The translations under genes were made by a program, and so were the position numbers. From contig JBAZCA010000006.1 of assembly GCA_041671125.1 (NCBI GenBank), positions 3,184 through 67,183 of the forward strand: a stretch of 64,000 nucleotides of DNA, given 5' to 3'. The notes beneath the pieces are model-generated. The model was not told the DNA's origin, did no database searches, and saw only the letters and a program-made list of their open reading frames with translations. How positions within the stretch are numbered: the stretch's first letter is position 1; each line of letters begins with the position of its first letter. The stretch is from Patescibacteria group bacterium (lineage in GTDB: Bacteria > Patescibacteriota > Patescibacteriia > Patescibacteriales > JBAZCA01). Positions 55,719 to 64,000 of the stretch are shown piece after piece.

Positions 55719-55857
55719 ATTTTTAAATTTTATAATTTTTAATTTTGTAAATAATTTTTAATGTCTAAATTTTTAAAGAATTTTGGCAATAAAACAATTT
55801 TTAAAACATTAAAAATTCAAGCATTATTTAAAAATTACATAATTAAGAATTATAAAA
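55719..55857. repeat. Family-C AT-rich palindromic element between carB and pyrB
   Basis: aaattttataatttttaattttgtaaataattttta versus the reverse complement of taaaaattacataattaagaattataaaatt. The left arm shares motifs with 26810-26840. Confidence 0.6.
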
Positions 55858-58800
55858 TTATAACTCAGATTTCATTCCTTTAGGCATGTATTCTCGCCAG
55901 GATTTAATTTTTAAATCCTCAAGCGATTTTTCGGTCAGGGCTTTGATAAAAGAACGGGTCAGCTGTAAATCGGTAAAAAGCGGGATGTGCGAATCAACCG
56001 CGGCCCGGCGGATAAGATAGCCGTCAGTAACTTCGCCGCCGGATTTTTTTATTCTATCGCCGTTTTGTTCGCTTATGTTAATGACAAAGGCGACTTTTTT
56101 TTCGTTGATAAGGTCAATGACGCTAGGCATTTTTCCTTCGTTTAGTTTATAAACTATTTCAGCCGGAATTTCGCGTTCTTTTAAGAATTCATAAGTCGCG
56201 CCGGTGGCGTAGAGTCTGTAGCCGGCGTCAGAGAGGAGCTTAATGGCTTCAAAAAGCCGGCGCTTATTAACCGGGCCGCCAAGAGTTAAGAGGGCGGATT
56301 TTTTTTCGGTCAGGTTCGTAGAAGCGAGAATAGCTTTTAAGAGCGCTTCGCCAAGATCAGCGCCAAAGGCGGCCACTTCGCCGGTTGAAGACATTTCAAC
56401 TTTTAAGACCGGGTCGGCGCCCGCGAGGCGGGCAAAAGAAAACTGGGGTGATTTTACGACTACGTAATCGGGATAAGAAAGCCGGACTTTTGATCCTTTT
56501 TTGTAAAAGGCGTCAACGATTAAGCCGGCGAAATTAACTCCCGAGGCCTTAGAGATAAAAGGCAGGGTGCGGCTGGCGCGCAAGTTAATTTCAATCACGT
56601 AAACTTTATTTTCTTTAACGAGGAACTGGATATTATACGGGCCGGTAATGCGCAAAGCAATGGCGAGTCGGCGGCTGATTTTTTTTATTTCCTCCTCGGT
56701 TGAAGAAAAGACTTTTTGGGTCGGGTAGGCGATAGTAGCGTCGCCGGAATGGACGCCGGCATTTTCTAAATGCTCGGAGATAGCGTAAACGAGCGTAACT
56801 CCGTCCTGGGCTACCGCGTCGTATTCTATTTCTTTGGCGTTAACCATGAATTTTGACACCGTAACCGAATATTTTTTTGCGGTCAGTCCCAGGGCTTTTT
56901 CCACGAAATTTTCTATGTCAGCGTCGTTAAAACAAACGCTCATGGCCGAACCGGAAAGGACGTAAGACGGCCGGACGAGAACCGGATAACCGACCCGGTC
57001 GGCGAAAGTTTTCGCTTCGGCGATTGAAGCGCAATTGGCCCATTCGGGCTGAGGGATGTCTAATTCGTCGCATAACCGCGAAAATTTTCCCCGGTCTTCG
57101 GCCCGGTTTATATTTTCGGGCGCGGTGCCAAGAATCGGCACTTTATTTTCATGGAGCTTATTGGCGAGGTTGTTCGGGCGCTGGCCGCCGACGGAGATTG
57201 CTACTCCGCCGGATTTTTCAAAGTCATGAATATCCAGTACGGTTTCAAGGTTTAAGTCTTCAAAATAGAGCCGGTCAGACATGTCATAATCCGTAGAAAC
57301 GGTTTCCGGATTGCAGTTGACGATGATTGATTTTTTTCGGTATTTTTTTAATGAGAGAGCGGTATTGACGCATGACCAGTCAAACTCAACCGAAGAGCCG
57401 ATATGGTAGGGGCCGGAGCCTAAAACCATGACAGCTTTTTTTCCGAGCGGACGAACGTCATGATGCGAGCCGTGATAAGTAAGATATAAATAGTTGGTTT
57501 TAGCCGGGACTTCGCCTGCCAGAGTATCAATCTGGAAAACTGAAGGTATTACTTTCAGTTTTTTCCTTAGGGCGCGGACTTCGGTTTCGGTTTTTCCCGC
57601 GAGCTTGCCAATAATCTTATCCGAAATTCCGGCCTGCTTGCATTTTAACAGGGTTTCTTTATTAAGCTTTTTATTTTCGCCGAGCTCTTTTTCAATGTCC
57701 ATGATATTTTTAAGGCGATAGAGAAACCAGGGATCAATGCCGGTCATTCTATAAATTTTTTCTACTTCCATTCCGCGCTTAAAGCCTTCGGCTAAAGCAA
57801 AAATTCTTTTCGGGGTCGGAATTTTAATCCATCTTTCCAGGTCAGGCGTGGCCGTATTGAAGCCGGCGTAAGATATGCCCCTAGCTTTTGAAGCGAGCAT
57901 GCGCACGGCTTTCTGCAGGGCTTCTTCAAAGGAGCGGCCGATAGCCATCACTTCGCCGACCGATTTCATGGCCGAGCCGATGGTCTCTTCGGCGCCGGAA
58001 AATTTTTCTAAATCCCAGCGCGGAATTTTTACGGCAACGTAGTCCAGAGCCGGTTCAAAAAAGCTTTGCGTAACTTTGGTCACCTGGTTTTGGACTTTAT
58101 TTAAAGTAATGCCGAGCGCCAGCTTAGCGGCGACGTAAGCTAAAGGATAGCCGGTGGCTTTGGACGCCAGAGCCGAAGAGCGCGATAACCGGGCGTTTAC
58201 TTCAATGACAAAATATTCCAGTTCGTTTTTTTCCGGTTTGGGGTTTAGGGCGAACTGGACATTACATTCGCCGACGATGCCAAGACTTTGGACTATTTTA
58301 ATAGAGATCTGTCTTAGAGCGTGATATTCGTCATTAGTTAAGGTCTGTGACGGGGCGACTACTATGGATTCGCCGGTATGGATACCTAAAGGATCCATGT
58401 TTTCCATATTACAGACGGTAACGCAGTTGCCGGCCGCGTCGCGCACCACTTCGTATTCAATTTCTTTAAAATGATGAAGGTATTTTTCAATAAGCACTTG
58501 TGGGGAGACGGCCAGGGCGGCGGAAACAATCTCAGTAAGCTGTTTTTCGTCATAAGCCACGCCGGATTTTTGCCCGCCTAAGGTAAACGCGGCCCGAACC
58601 ATAACCGGATAGCCGATTTTTTCCGCGATTTTTTTTGCCTGTTCCAGGCTGGTGGCGGCCGCGCTAGGCGGAACCGTTATGTCAATGTTTCGTAAATGGT
58701 CGGCGAATTTCTGTCGGTCTTCGGTTAATTCAATGGCCGAGACCGGAGTGCCTAAAACTTCTACCCCGTACTTTTTTAAGACGCCTTTGTCATATAATTC

Positions 58801-59097
58801 TAAACCGCAGTTTAAGGCGGTTTGCCCGCCAAAGGATAAAAGGATGCCGTCGGGCTTTTCTTTGGCAATGATTTTTTCAACGAAATAAGGAGTAACCGGC
58901 AGGAAATATATTTCGTCGGCTAAAAGCGGGGAAGTCTGAATCGTCGCGATATTCGGGTTGATTAAGACCGTTTTTATCCCTTCTTCTTTTAAGGCTTTTA
59001 AACCTTGCGATCCGGAATAATCAAACTCACCAGCCTCGCCGATTTTTAAGGCGCCGGAACCGAGCACTAATACTTTTTTTATCTTCATTTTTTTCAT
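55858..59097 (-). CDS. carB: Carbamoyl-phosphate synthase large subunit
   Basis: 1079 aa. Duplicated ATP-grasp halves and the N-terminus KVLVLGSGALKIGEAGEFDYSGSQ. Confidence 0.97.
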   Translation of the reverse strand: MKKMKIKKVLVLGSGALKIGEAGEFDYSGSQGLKALKEEGIKTVLINPNIATIQTSPLLADEIYFLPVTPYFVEKIIAKEKPDGILLSFGGQTALNCGLELYDKGVLKKYGVEVLGTPVSAIELTEDRQKFADHLRNIDITVPPSAAATSLEQAKKIAEKIGYPVMVRAAFTLGGQKSGVAYDEKQLTEIVSAALAVSPQVLIEKYLHHFKEIEYEVVRDAAGNCVTVCNMENMDPLGIHTGESIVVAPSQTLTNDEYHALRQISIKIVQSLGIVGECNVQFALNPKPEKNELEYFVIEVNARLSRSSALASKATGYPLAYVAAKLALGITLNKVQNQVTKVTQSFFEPALDYVAVKIPRWDLEKFSGAEETIGSAMKSVGEVMAIGRSFEEALQKAVRMLASKARGISYAGFNTATPDLERWIKIPTPKRIFALAEGFKRGMEVEKIYRMTGIDPWFLYRLKNIMDIEKELGENKKLNKETLLKCKQAGISDKIIGKLAGKTETEVRALRKKLKVIPSVFQIDTLAGEVPAKTNYLYLTYHGSHHDVRPLGKKAVMVLGSGPYHIGSSVEFDWSCVNTALSLKKYRKKSIIVNCNPETVSTDYDMSDRLYFEDLNLETVLDIHDFEKSGGVAISVGGQRPNNLANKLHENKVPILGTAPENINRAEDRGKFSRLCDELDIPQPEWANCASIAEAKTFADRVGYPVLVRPSYVLSGSAMSVCFNDADIENFVEKALGLTAKKYSVTVSKFMVNAKEIEYDAVAQDGVTLVYAISEHLENAGVHSGDATIAYPTQKVFSSTEEEIKKISRRLAIALRITGPYNIQFLVKENKVYVIEINLRASRTLPFISKASGVNFAGLIVDAFYKKGSKVRLSYPDYVVVKSPQFSFARLAGADPVLKVEMSSTGEVAAFGADLGEALLKAILASTNLTEKKSALLTLGGPVNKRRLFEAIKLLSDAGYRLYATGATYEFLKEREIPAEIVYKLNEGKMPSVIDLINEKKVAFVINISEQNGDRIKKSGGEVTDGYLIRRAAVDSHIPLFTDLQLTRSFIKALTEKSLEDLKIKSWREYMPKGMKSEL

Positions 59098-59109
59098 AAT
59101 TTCCCTATT

Positions 59110-59375
59110 GTCATCCTGAGCGGAGCGAAGGATCTGCTAACGCGTCTTACGCGTTTGCTTATTATAGCGTTCGCTCAGCTCCAACACCTGTCCGGTGTTC
59201 CAATATGCGGTTTATAATATTATTTGTGATTCCGGTGTAAAAAATCGTTATATTAAAATTCGTCAGTATATAAACGTAATATCGGCGCTCGTCTCTCATA
59301 ACATTAATCAGCTATGATTCATTATTTCGCAATTCTCATCCGTAGATCCTTCCTCCCTACGGTCGTCAGGATGAC
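59110..59375. mobile_element. Family-A element carrying an internal GIY-YIG gene remnant
   Basis: Termini gtcatcctgagcggagcgaaggatctgc / gtagatccttcctccctacggtcgtcaggatgac enclose 200 bp that include a truncated GIY-YIG ORF. Confidence 0.75.
59162..59299 (-). pseudogene. Truncated GIY-YIG nuclease gene (45 codons)
   Basis: Manual translation of the minus strand gives MRDERRYYVYILTNFNITIFYTGITNNIINRILEHRTGVGAERTL*. This is the canonical GIY...YIG N-terminus, stopping after the EHR motif. Confidence 0.7.
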
Positions 59376-59396
59376 AGGTGGGAGGTGAATCATAGC

Positions 59397-60443
59397 CTAT
59401 CGGCTTCCAGGAATGACATGCTCAAGGAATTCATCAAACAACCAGCCGGTATCAAGCGGTCCGGGTCGGGATTCAGGATGAAACTGGACTGACATGAAAG
59501 GGAGGCTCTGATGGATTATGCCTTCATTAGTATTGTCATTGGCGTTGTAAAACCACTCTTTAAAGCCTTTGGGAATTTTTCCGACCGCGAAGCCGTGGTT
59601 TTGGGTGGTCAGGAAACATTTATCCGTGCCTTTTATCACCGCCGGCTGGTTTTGCCCCCGGTGGCCGAATTTTAACTTATAAGTATCGCCGCCGGCCGCG
59701 AGGGCTAAAATCTGGTTCCCGAGGCAAATGCCAAAGATTGGAATTTTTTTTGCCATAAGATGTTTTATGCTCTTGATTGTTTTGTCGGCCATCTTAGGAT
59801 CGCCCGGGCCGTTTGAAATCATCAATCCGTCAAATTTGATGCCGGCCTCTAAAGGGTTACAGTCCCAGGGGGCGACAATTACCTTAACGCCGCGCTTTGA
59901 TAGTTCATTAGCGATATTGGCTTTAGCCCCGCAATCTAATAAAACAACGGTTTTTTGACCGTTGCCTTTTTCATATATATCTTTAGTTGAAACTTTAGCG
60001 ACTAGATTATCCTTATTCGGATCCGCGAATCCAATTTTTTCTCCCAATTCAATTTTTCCAAGCATTACGCCCTTTGTCCTTAATTTTTGGGTCAAACCCC
60101 GGGTGTCTTTTATTTCCAGAGCCGGAATGCCTTCGTCCATTAACCATTGGCTAAGCGTTCGTTCGCTCTGGTGATGGGACGGCGTGTCTATGTAAGAAGA
60201 AACAATTAAACCGGCCACCTGGATTTTATCCGACTCCCAATGCTCTTTGGCCGGAACGCCGTAGTTGCCGACCAGCGGGTAGGTCATGACCAGGATTTGT
60301 CCGGCGTAAGAAGGATCGGTGAGGCTTTCCGGATAACCGACCATGCCGGTCGCGAAAACCACCTCTCCGGCAATGGACTTTTCTTTGCCAAAAGAATGAC
60401 CGGAAATTTCAGTTCCGTCTTTTAATATGAGTTTGCCAGTCAT
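59397..60443 (-). CDS. carA: Carbamoyl-phosphate synthase small (glutaminase) subunit
   Basis: VFATGMVGYPESLTDPSYAGQI, GICLGNQ, FHPE. Confidence 0.95.
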   Translation of the reverse strand: MTGKLILKDGTEISGHSFGKEKSIAGEVVFATGMVGYPESLTDPSYAGQILVMTYPLVGNYGVPAKEHWESDKIQVAGLIVSSYIDTPSHHQSERTLSQWLMDEGIPALEIKDTRGLTQKLRTKGVMLGKIELGEKIGFADPNKDNLVAKVSTKDIYEKGNGQKTVVLLDCGAKANIANELSKRGVKVIVAPWDCNPLEAGIKFDGLMISNGPGDPKMADKTIKSIKHLMAKKIPIFGICLGNQILALAAGGDTYKLKFGHRGQNQPAVIKGTDKCFLTTQNHGFAVGKIPKGFKEWFYNANDNTNEGIIHQSLPFMSVQFHPESRPGPLDTGWLFDEFLEHVIPGSR

Positions 60444-60605
60444 CTTGTTCTTTTAAGTAATAGCGCCTAGGCGAAGGGGCGCTATTATCTCTATTGAAGC
60501 TTTAAATATTCTTTAAATAACATATCACATATTTTAAGCCTTGTGAAGACATGTTATACTGAAAATACCGCTAAACCCATCATTAACATCCAACCCGGCT
60601 AATTT

Positions 60606-61490
60606 ATGCAAAAAAAATTGATATTTTGGTACCTCGTATTGATAGTAAACCACATCTTTTGGGGAACCCAGGTGCCGGCTCTAAAAGCGGTTTCAGGACA
60701 TGTTTCGCTCCCGTTACTGACTTTTCTTCGGTTTTTTATGGCCATGCTCGCCCTCCTGCCTTTCTATTTACTGGCCAAGGATAGAAAGCCGATCGAAAGG
60801 AAAGATATGAAATTGATCGCCTTTTTGGGGTTTTTTGGCGTGGCAGTTTATGCCATGGTTAACGTGATAGGGATAAAGTTATCGACAGCGGTTAATCAGG
60901 CGATTATCCTCCATAGCTGGCCCCTTATGACGGCCATTTTGGCTCCGCTCTTAATTAAGGAAAGAGTGGGCAAAGGGACTTACTTAGCCTTACTCCTCGG
61001 GTTTACCGGTTTAATAATAGTGGTGACCGAAGGCAATTTGAGTATGGTTTTTCAGTCCCAATATTTTCTTGGGAATCTGCTTATTTTTCTTAGCGCTCTC
61101 ATTCTTGCCATCCATACTATTTATAGCAAAAATTTTAACCATAAATACGGCAGCCTGAACATTAATTTCATATATTTTCTTCTTGGTTCATTTTTTCTAT
61201 TTCTTTTCACTTTTTTTTCCGGAGACTTAGGCCGGATTATTAGTATTGATTCAAAAGACTGGCTATTGATTTTTTGGGTCGGGGTCCCGACTATAGCCCT
61301 TACTTGGGTTATCTCTTTTCGCGCCATGCGGGAAATCGGAATTATTAAGGCTAATTCATTTTTTCTTTTAAACGCCCCTTCCGGCGTATTTTTTTCGGTT
61401 TTTTTTCTTCATGAGGCCATCACGCCGTTGAAACTTTTTGGGGCTGGCTTAATCTTTCTCGGGCTCTATATAGTACAAACCAGGAAATAA
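60606..61490 (+). CDS. DMT superfamily (EamA-like) transporter
   Basis: 10 TM segments in two EamA-like halves. Confidence 0.8.
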   Translation: MQKKLIFWYLVLIVNHIFWGTQVPALKAVSGHVSLPLLTFLRFFMAMLALLPFYLLAKDRKPIERKDMKLIAFLGFFGVAVYAMVNVIGIKLSTAVNQAIILHSWPLMTAILAPLLIKERVGKGTYLALLLGFTGLIIVVTEGNLSMVFQSQYFLGNLLIFLSALILAIHTIYSKNFNHKYGSLNINFIYFLLGSFFLFLFTFFSGDLGRIISIDSKDWLLIFWVGVPTIALTWVISFRAMREIGIIKANSFFLLNAPSGVFFSVFFLHEAITPLKLFGAGLIFLGLYIVQTRK

Positions 61491-61554
61491 TAACTTTACT
61501 TTTCATAAATTTTGAGTTAAATTTAGATAAGATTTTAACCATCACTACGTATTT

Positions 61555-62469
61555 ATGGCAAATCTTTCACTGACGTTTCTGGGCACAAAAATGAAAAACC
61601 CCATCGTTTTGGCGTCCGGAATATTGGGAGTAACGAAAGCATCACTAGGGAATGTCGTTTTAAACGGGGCGGGCGCGGTAACTATCAAATCAATAAGTAA
61701 AGACAAACGGAAAGGCCACAATAATCCCATCATTATTACGTTTGAGACCGGCATGATGAACGCCGTCGGATATTCAAATCCCGGTCTAGACGCGGCTAAG
61801 GAAGAATTCGCTGGTCTAGACGAAGTCGGAGCGCCGGTTTTCGCGAGTATTATAGGAACCGCTCCGGAAGACTTCGCCTACATGGCGGAGAATTTTTTAT
61901 CGGATGAGTACGCGGCAGTTGAAGTTCCTTTGTCTTGTCCGCATACTCCCGGGTTCGGAACCCTTGCCGGCCAGGGGACTCCCGAGGCGGTTTTTAATAT
62001 AACGAAAGCTATCAAAGAAAAGACCGACTTGCCAATAATCATCAAACTGTCGCCCATTTCGCAAAACTTGGGCGAAGTGGCCAAGGCGGCCGAAGCGGCC
62101 GGAGCGAGCGCTATTAATATGGGAAACACTCACGGGCCGGGGATGGTTATAAATTTGGAAACTAGAAAACCCATTCTTGACTTTAAAGTGGGCGGCGTTA
62201 GCGGACCGGCCATTCGTCCGATTACTGTCCGATGCGTATATGACGTTTATAAGGCCGTAAAAATCCCGATCATAGGTACCGGGGGCGTTAATACCGGAAA
62301 AGACGCGATTGAGATGATGATGGCCGGGGCAAGCATGATTGGCGTTGGTACTGCCGTTTATTACCGCGGCATAAGCGTTTTTAAACAAATATGCGACGAA
62401 ATGAAAGAATGGATGGAAGGCGCTGGCGTTAAGTCTATAGAAGAGATTATTGGGGCGGCGCATGAATGA
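61555..62469 (+). CDS. pyrD: Dihydroorotate dehydrogenase, class 1B catalytic subunit
   Basis: NPIVLASG, NAVGYSNPG, SCPHTPG, GGVSGPAIRP, IIGTGGV. Confidence 0.93.
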   Translation: MANLSLTFLGTKMKNPIVLASGILGVTKASLGNVVLNGAGAVTIKSISKDKRKGHNNPIIITFETGMMNAVGYSNPGLDAAKEEFAGLDEVGAPVFASIIGTAPEDFAYMAENFLSDEYAAVEVPLSCPHTPGFGTLAGQGTPEAVFNITKAIKEKTDLPIIIKLSPISQNLGEVAKAAEAAGASAINMGNTHGPGMVINLETRKPILDFKVGGVSGPAIRPITVRCVYDVYKAVKIPIIGTGGVNTGKDAIEMMMAGASMIGVGTAVYYRGISVFKQICDEMKEWMEGAGVKSIEEIIGAAHE

Positions 62470-62521
62470 ATTAAATTTGTAATATTAGAATGTAGCAGAA
62501 TTAAACTAAAACCCCTCTTTT

Positions 62522-62624
62522 GTCATTTCGAGCCCGACGCAAGGAGGGCGAGAAATCTAATCTTCGTGAAAACGCGTTCATAGCAATTAGATCTCTCCCT
62601 CCGCTACGCTCCGGTCGAGATGAC
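62522..62624. repeat. Family-A variant palindromic element (gtcatttcgagc...ctcgagatgac)
   Basis: gtcatttcgagcccgacgcaaggagggcgagaaatctaat / attagatctctccctccgctacgctccggtcgagatgac, between pyrD and pyrK. Confidence 0.75.
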
Positions 62625-62666
62625 AAAATATTGTTCTACGGTCTAAATATTAATTTTTGAAATTTT

Positions 62667-63476
62667 ATGGAAATACAGCGTAGGGTGGAGCAGCCGATAA
62701 TGTTGCCAATAAAAAAAATAATAAAGGACAATAAAGACTTTAGGACATTTGTCTTTTCCGGGCAACTGGGCGCGAAACCCGGTCAATTCATAATGCTTTG
62801 GCTTCCGCGCGTCAACATGAAACCGTTCAGCATTTCAAATCAGACCGAAAATGAATTTCATATAACCGTGATGAAGGTGGGAGAATTTACCGAAAAGTTA
62901 TTTGAAATGAAAGTCGGGGATCTTTTAGGCATCCAAGGGCCATATGGGCGACCTTTTAGCTTTAATGAAGGAAAAAATGTAGCAATTGTCGGAGGCGGTT
63001 GCGGCATAGCTCCGGTAAACTTCCTGATTTACGACGCGATAAGCAAAGGAAAAAAGGTTTATTTTATCGGCGGTTGCCGTAATAAGGATCTTTTTATAAA
63101 GGCGGATGAAATTAAATCGCTTCCGGTTGAGGCCAGTTTCGTTACCGACGACGGTTCTTACGGCGAAAAAGGTTTTACCACCGACGCCTTGAAAATGTTA
63201 TTAGAGAAAGAAAAGATTGACGAGATTTTCGCCTGCGGACCGGAAAAAATGCTTGTCGCGATTGGTAAAATCGCCCTGGAGCACGATATACCGTGCCAAA
63301 TATCAATGGAAAGATATATGAAGTGCGGATTTGGCGTATGCGGACAGTGTTGCGTTGACGATACTGGCTTAAGAGTCTGCCATGAAGGGCCGGTATTTGA
63401 AGCTAAGACGCTCCTCAATTCAAAGGAGTTTGGCGCCTATAAAAGGGATGGCAGTGGAACAAAACAAATGATTTAA
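62667..63476 (+). CDS. pyrK: Dihydroorotate dehydrogenase electron-transfer subunit
   Basis: FAD/NAD-binding fold (GQFIMLW, GPYG) and a C-terminal 2Fe-2S cluster motif CGFGVCGQCCV. Confidence 0.88.
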   Translation: MEIQRRVEQPIMLPIKKIIKDNKDFRTFVFSGQLGAKPGQFIMLWLPRVNMKPFSISNQTENEFHITVMKVGEFTEKLFEMKVGDLLGIQGPYGRPFSFNEGKNVAIVGGGCGIAPVNFLIYDAISKGKKVYFIGGCRNKDLFIKADEIKSLPVEASFVTDDGSYGEKGFTTDALKMLLEKEKIDEIFACGPEKMLVAIGKIALEHDIPCQISMERYMKCGFGVCGQCCVDDTGLRVCHEGPVFEAKTLLNSKEFGAYKRDGSGTKQMI

Positions 63477-63626
63477 AATAAAAATTTGTAGGCAAGAGAA
63501 TCATATGGCGGGAGATGGTGAGTGTAATCTATTTTTTGACAGGAACTAAAATAAAATTTATATCAATGATATAATCTCATTCGCTCGGAAATTGGAGCAA
63601 GCTCCATTTCCTCGCTCATATCAATT

Positions 63627-64000
63627 ATGAATTACCAAAAAGAAGTAGCCAAAGCGCAGATTAAGATCGGAGCGGTCGGGTTTCGGCCGGACGATCCGAT
63701 TACGTTTGTCTCGGGACTAGTTTCGCCGATTTACGTTGATAACCGGAAGTTTCCGTTTTATCCGGAAGAGTTTAAGATCGTGATTGAGGGGTTTCGGGAT
63801 ATAATAAAGAAAGAGGAGCTGGAATTTGATATTATCGCCGGGATTGAAGCCGGCGGCATCCCTTATAGTTCGGCCTTAGGTTACGCCATGAACAAGCCGT
63901 CAATATTCATCCGGAAAAAAATAAAAGACCATGGGACTAAGAGCCGGATAGAGGGCGGTAAGGTTGAAGGCAAGAGAGTGCTTTTGGTTGAGGATTTGGC
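63627..64000 (+). CDS. pyrE: Orotate phosphoribosyltransferase (partial, runs off the window)
   Basis: Manual translation from ATG 63627: MNYQKEVAKAQIKIGAVGFRPDDPITFVSGLVSPIYVDNRKF...IAGIEAGGIPYSSALG...VLLVEDL (PRPP loop start). No stop before 64000. Confidence 0.85.
   Translation, partial: MNYQKEVAKAQIKIGAVGFRPDDPITFVSGLVSPIYVDNRKFPFYPEEFKIVIEGFRDIIKKEELEFDIIAGIEAGGIPYSSALGYAMNKPSIFIRKKIKDHGTKSRIEGGKVEGKRVLLVEDL

Noticed and set aside
61897-62463. 188-aa minus-strand ORF opposite pyrD. Similar antisense ORFs lie at 17294..17887, 37765..38337, 43322..43774 and 48308..48739.
   Set aside because: Each lies fully inside a confidently identified gene on the other strand and is Arg/Ser/Pro-rich, as expected for antisense frames.
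1-64000. CRISPR array, or a recoded genetic code (UGA as a sense codon, as in some candidate phyla).
   Set aside because: The repeats are dispersed palindromes rather than regularly spaced direct repeats. Many well-identified genes (dnaG, pyrD) end at TGA and none needs TGA read-through, so code 11 fits.

Overview
The window reads as a gene-dense bacterial chromosome segment using the standard code (TGA acts as a stop). GC is moderate and genes mostly lack Shine-Dalgarno sequences. The gene content (class I aldolase, split transketolase, many secreted proteins of unknown function, abundant hairpin repeats) suggests an uncultivated reduced-genome lineage such as CPR/Patescibacteria, but that is inference only.

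Layout:
- 1-12.2 kb: a co-directional sugar-modification cluster resembling nonulosonic-acid (legionaminic/pseudaminic-type) biosynthesis, plus a convergent priming phosphoglycosyl transferase.
- 12.2-15.9 kb (minus strand): a compact cobalamin riboswitch in front of a three-gene operon (DUF4430 protein, a DUF4430 plus alpha/alpha-toroid secreted protein, a small polytopic membrane protein). I consider this the best candidate for an undescribed corrinoid-capture system.
- 15.9-28.3 kb: housekeeping genes (holB, frr, rseP, acyl-CoA ligase, ZIP transporter, dnaG, rpoD).
- 28.4-28.8 kb: tRNA-Asn preceded by two degenerate tRNA-derived structured units.
- 28.9-35.8 kb: secreted or membrane proteins, a matrixin-like protease and a TspO fusion.
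- 35.9-37.4 kb: an AT-rich islet with an AntA-like gene and a GIY-YIG gene.
- 37.4-39.7 kb: a convergent DEAD-box helicase and csp pair.
- 40-45 kb and 51-54.6 kb: pentose-phosphate and gluconeogenesis genes. These are interrupted at 45.1-50.9 kb by an accessory island holding a truncated RhuM, DinD, a Bro-N protein and a 1084-aa beta-helix surface protein. The island also carries a duplicated consensus promoter plus leader and a (CT)9 tract.
- 54.8-64 kb: pyrimidine genes (pyrB, carB, carA, pyrD, pyrK, pyrE).

Four families of dispersed palindromic repeats punctuate the intergenic spacers. One copy encloses a GIY-YIG gene remnant. I saw no CRISPR array, rRNA, integrase or transposase.
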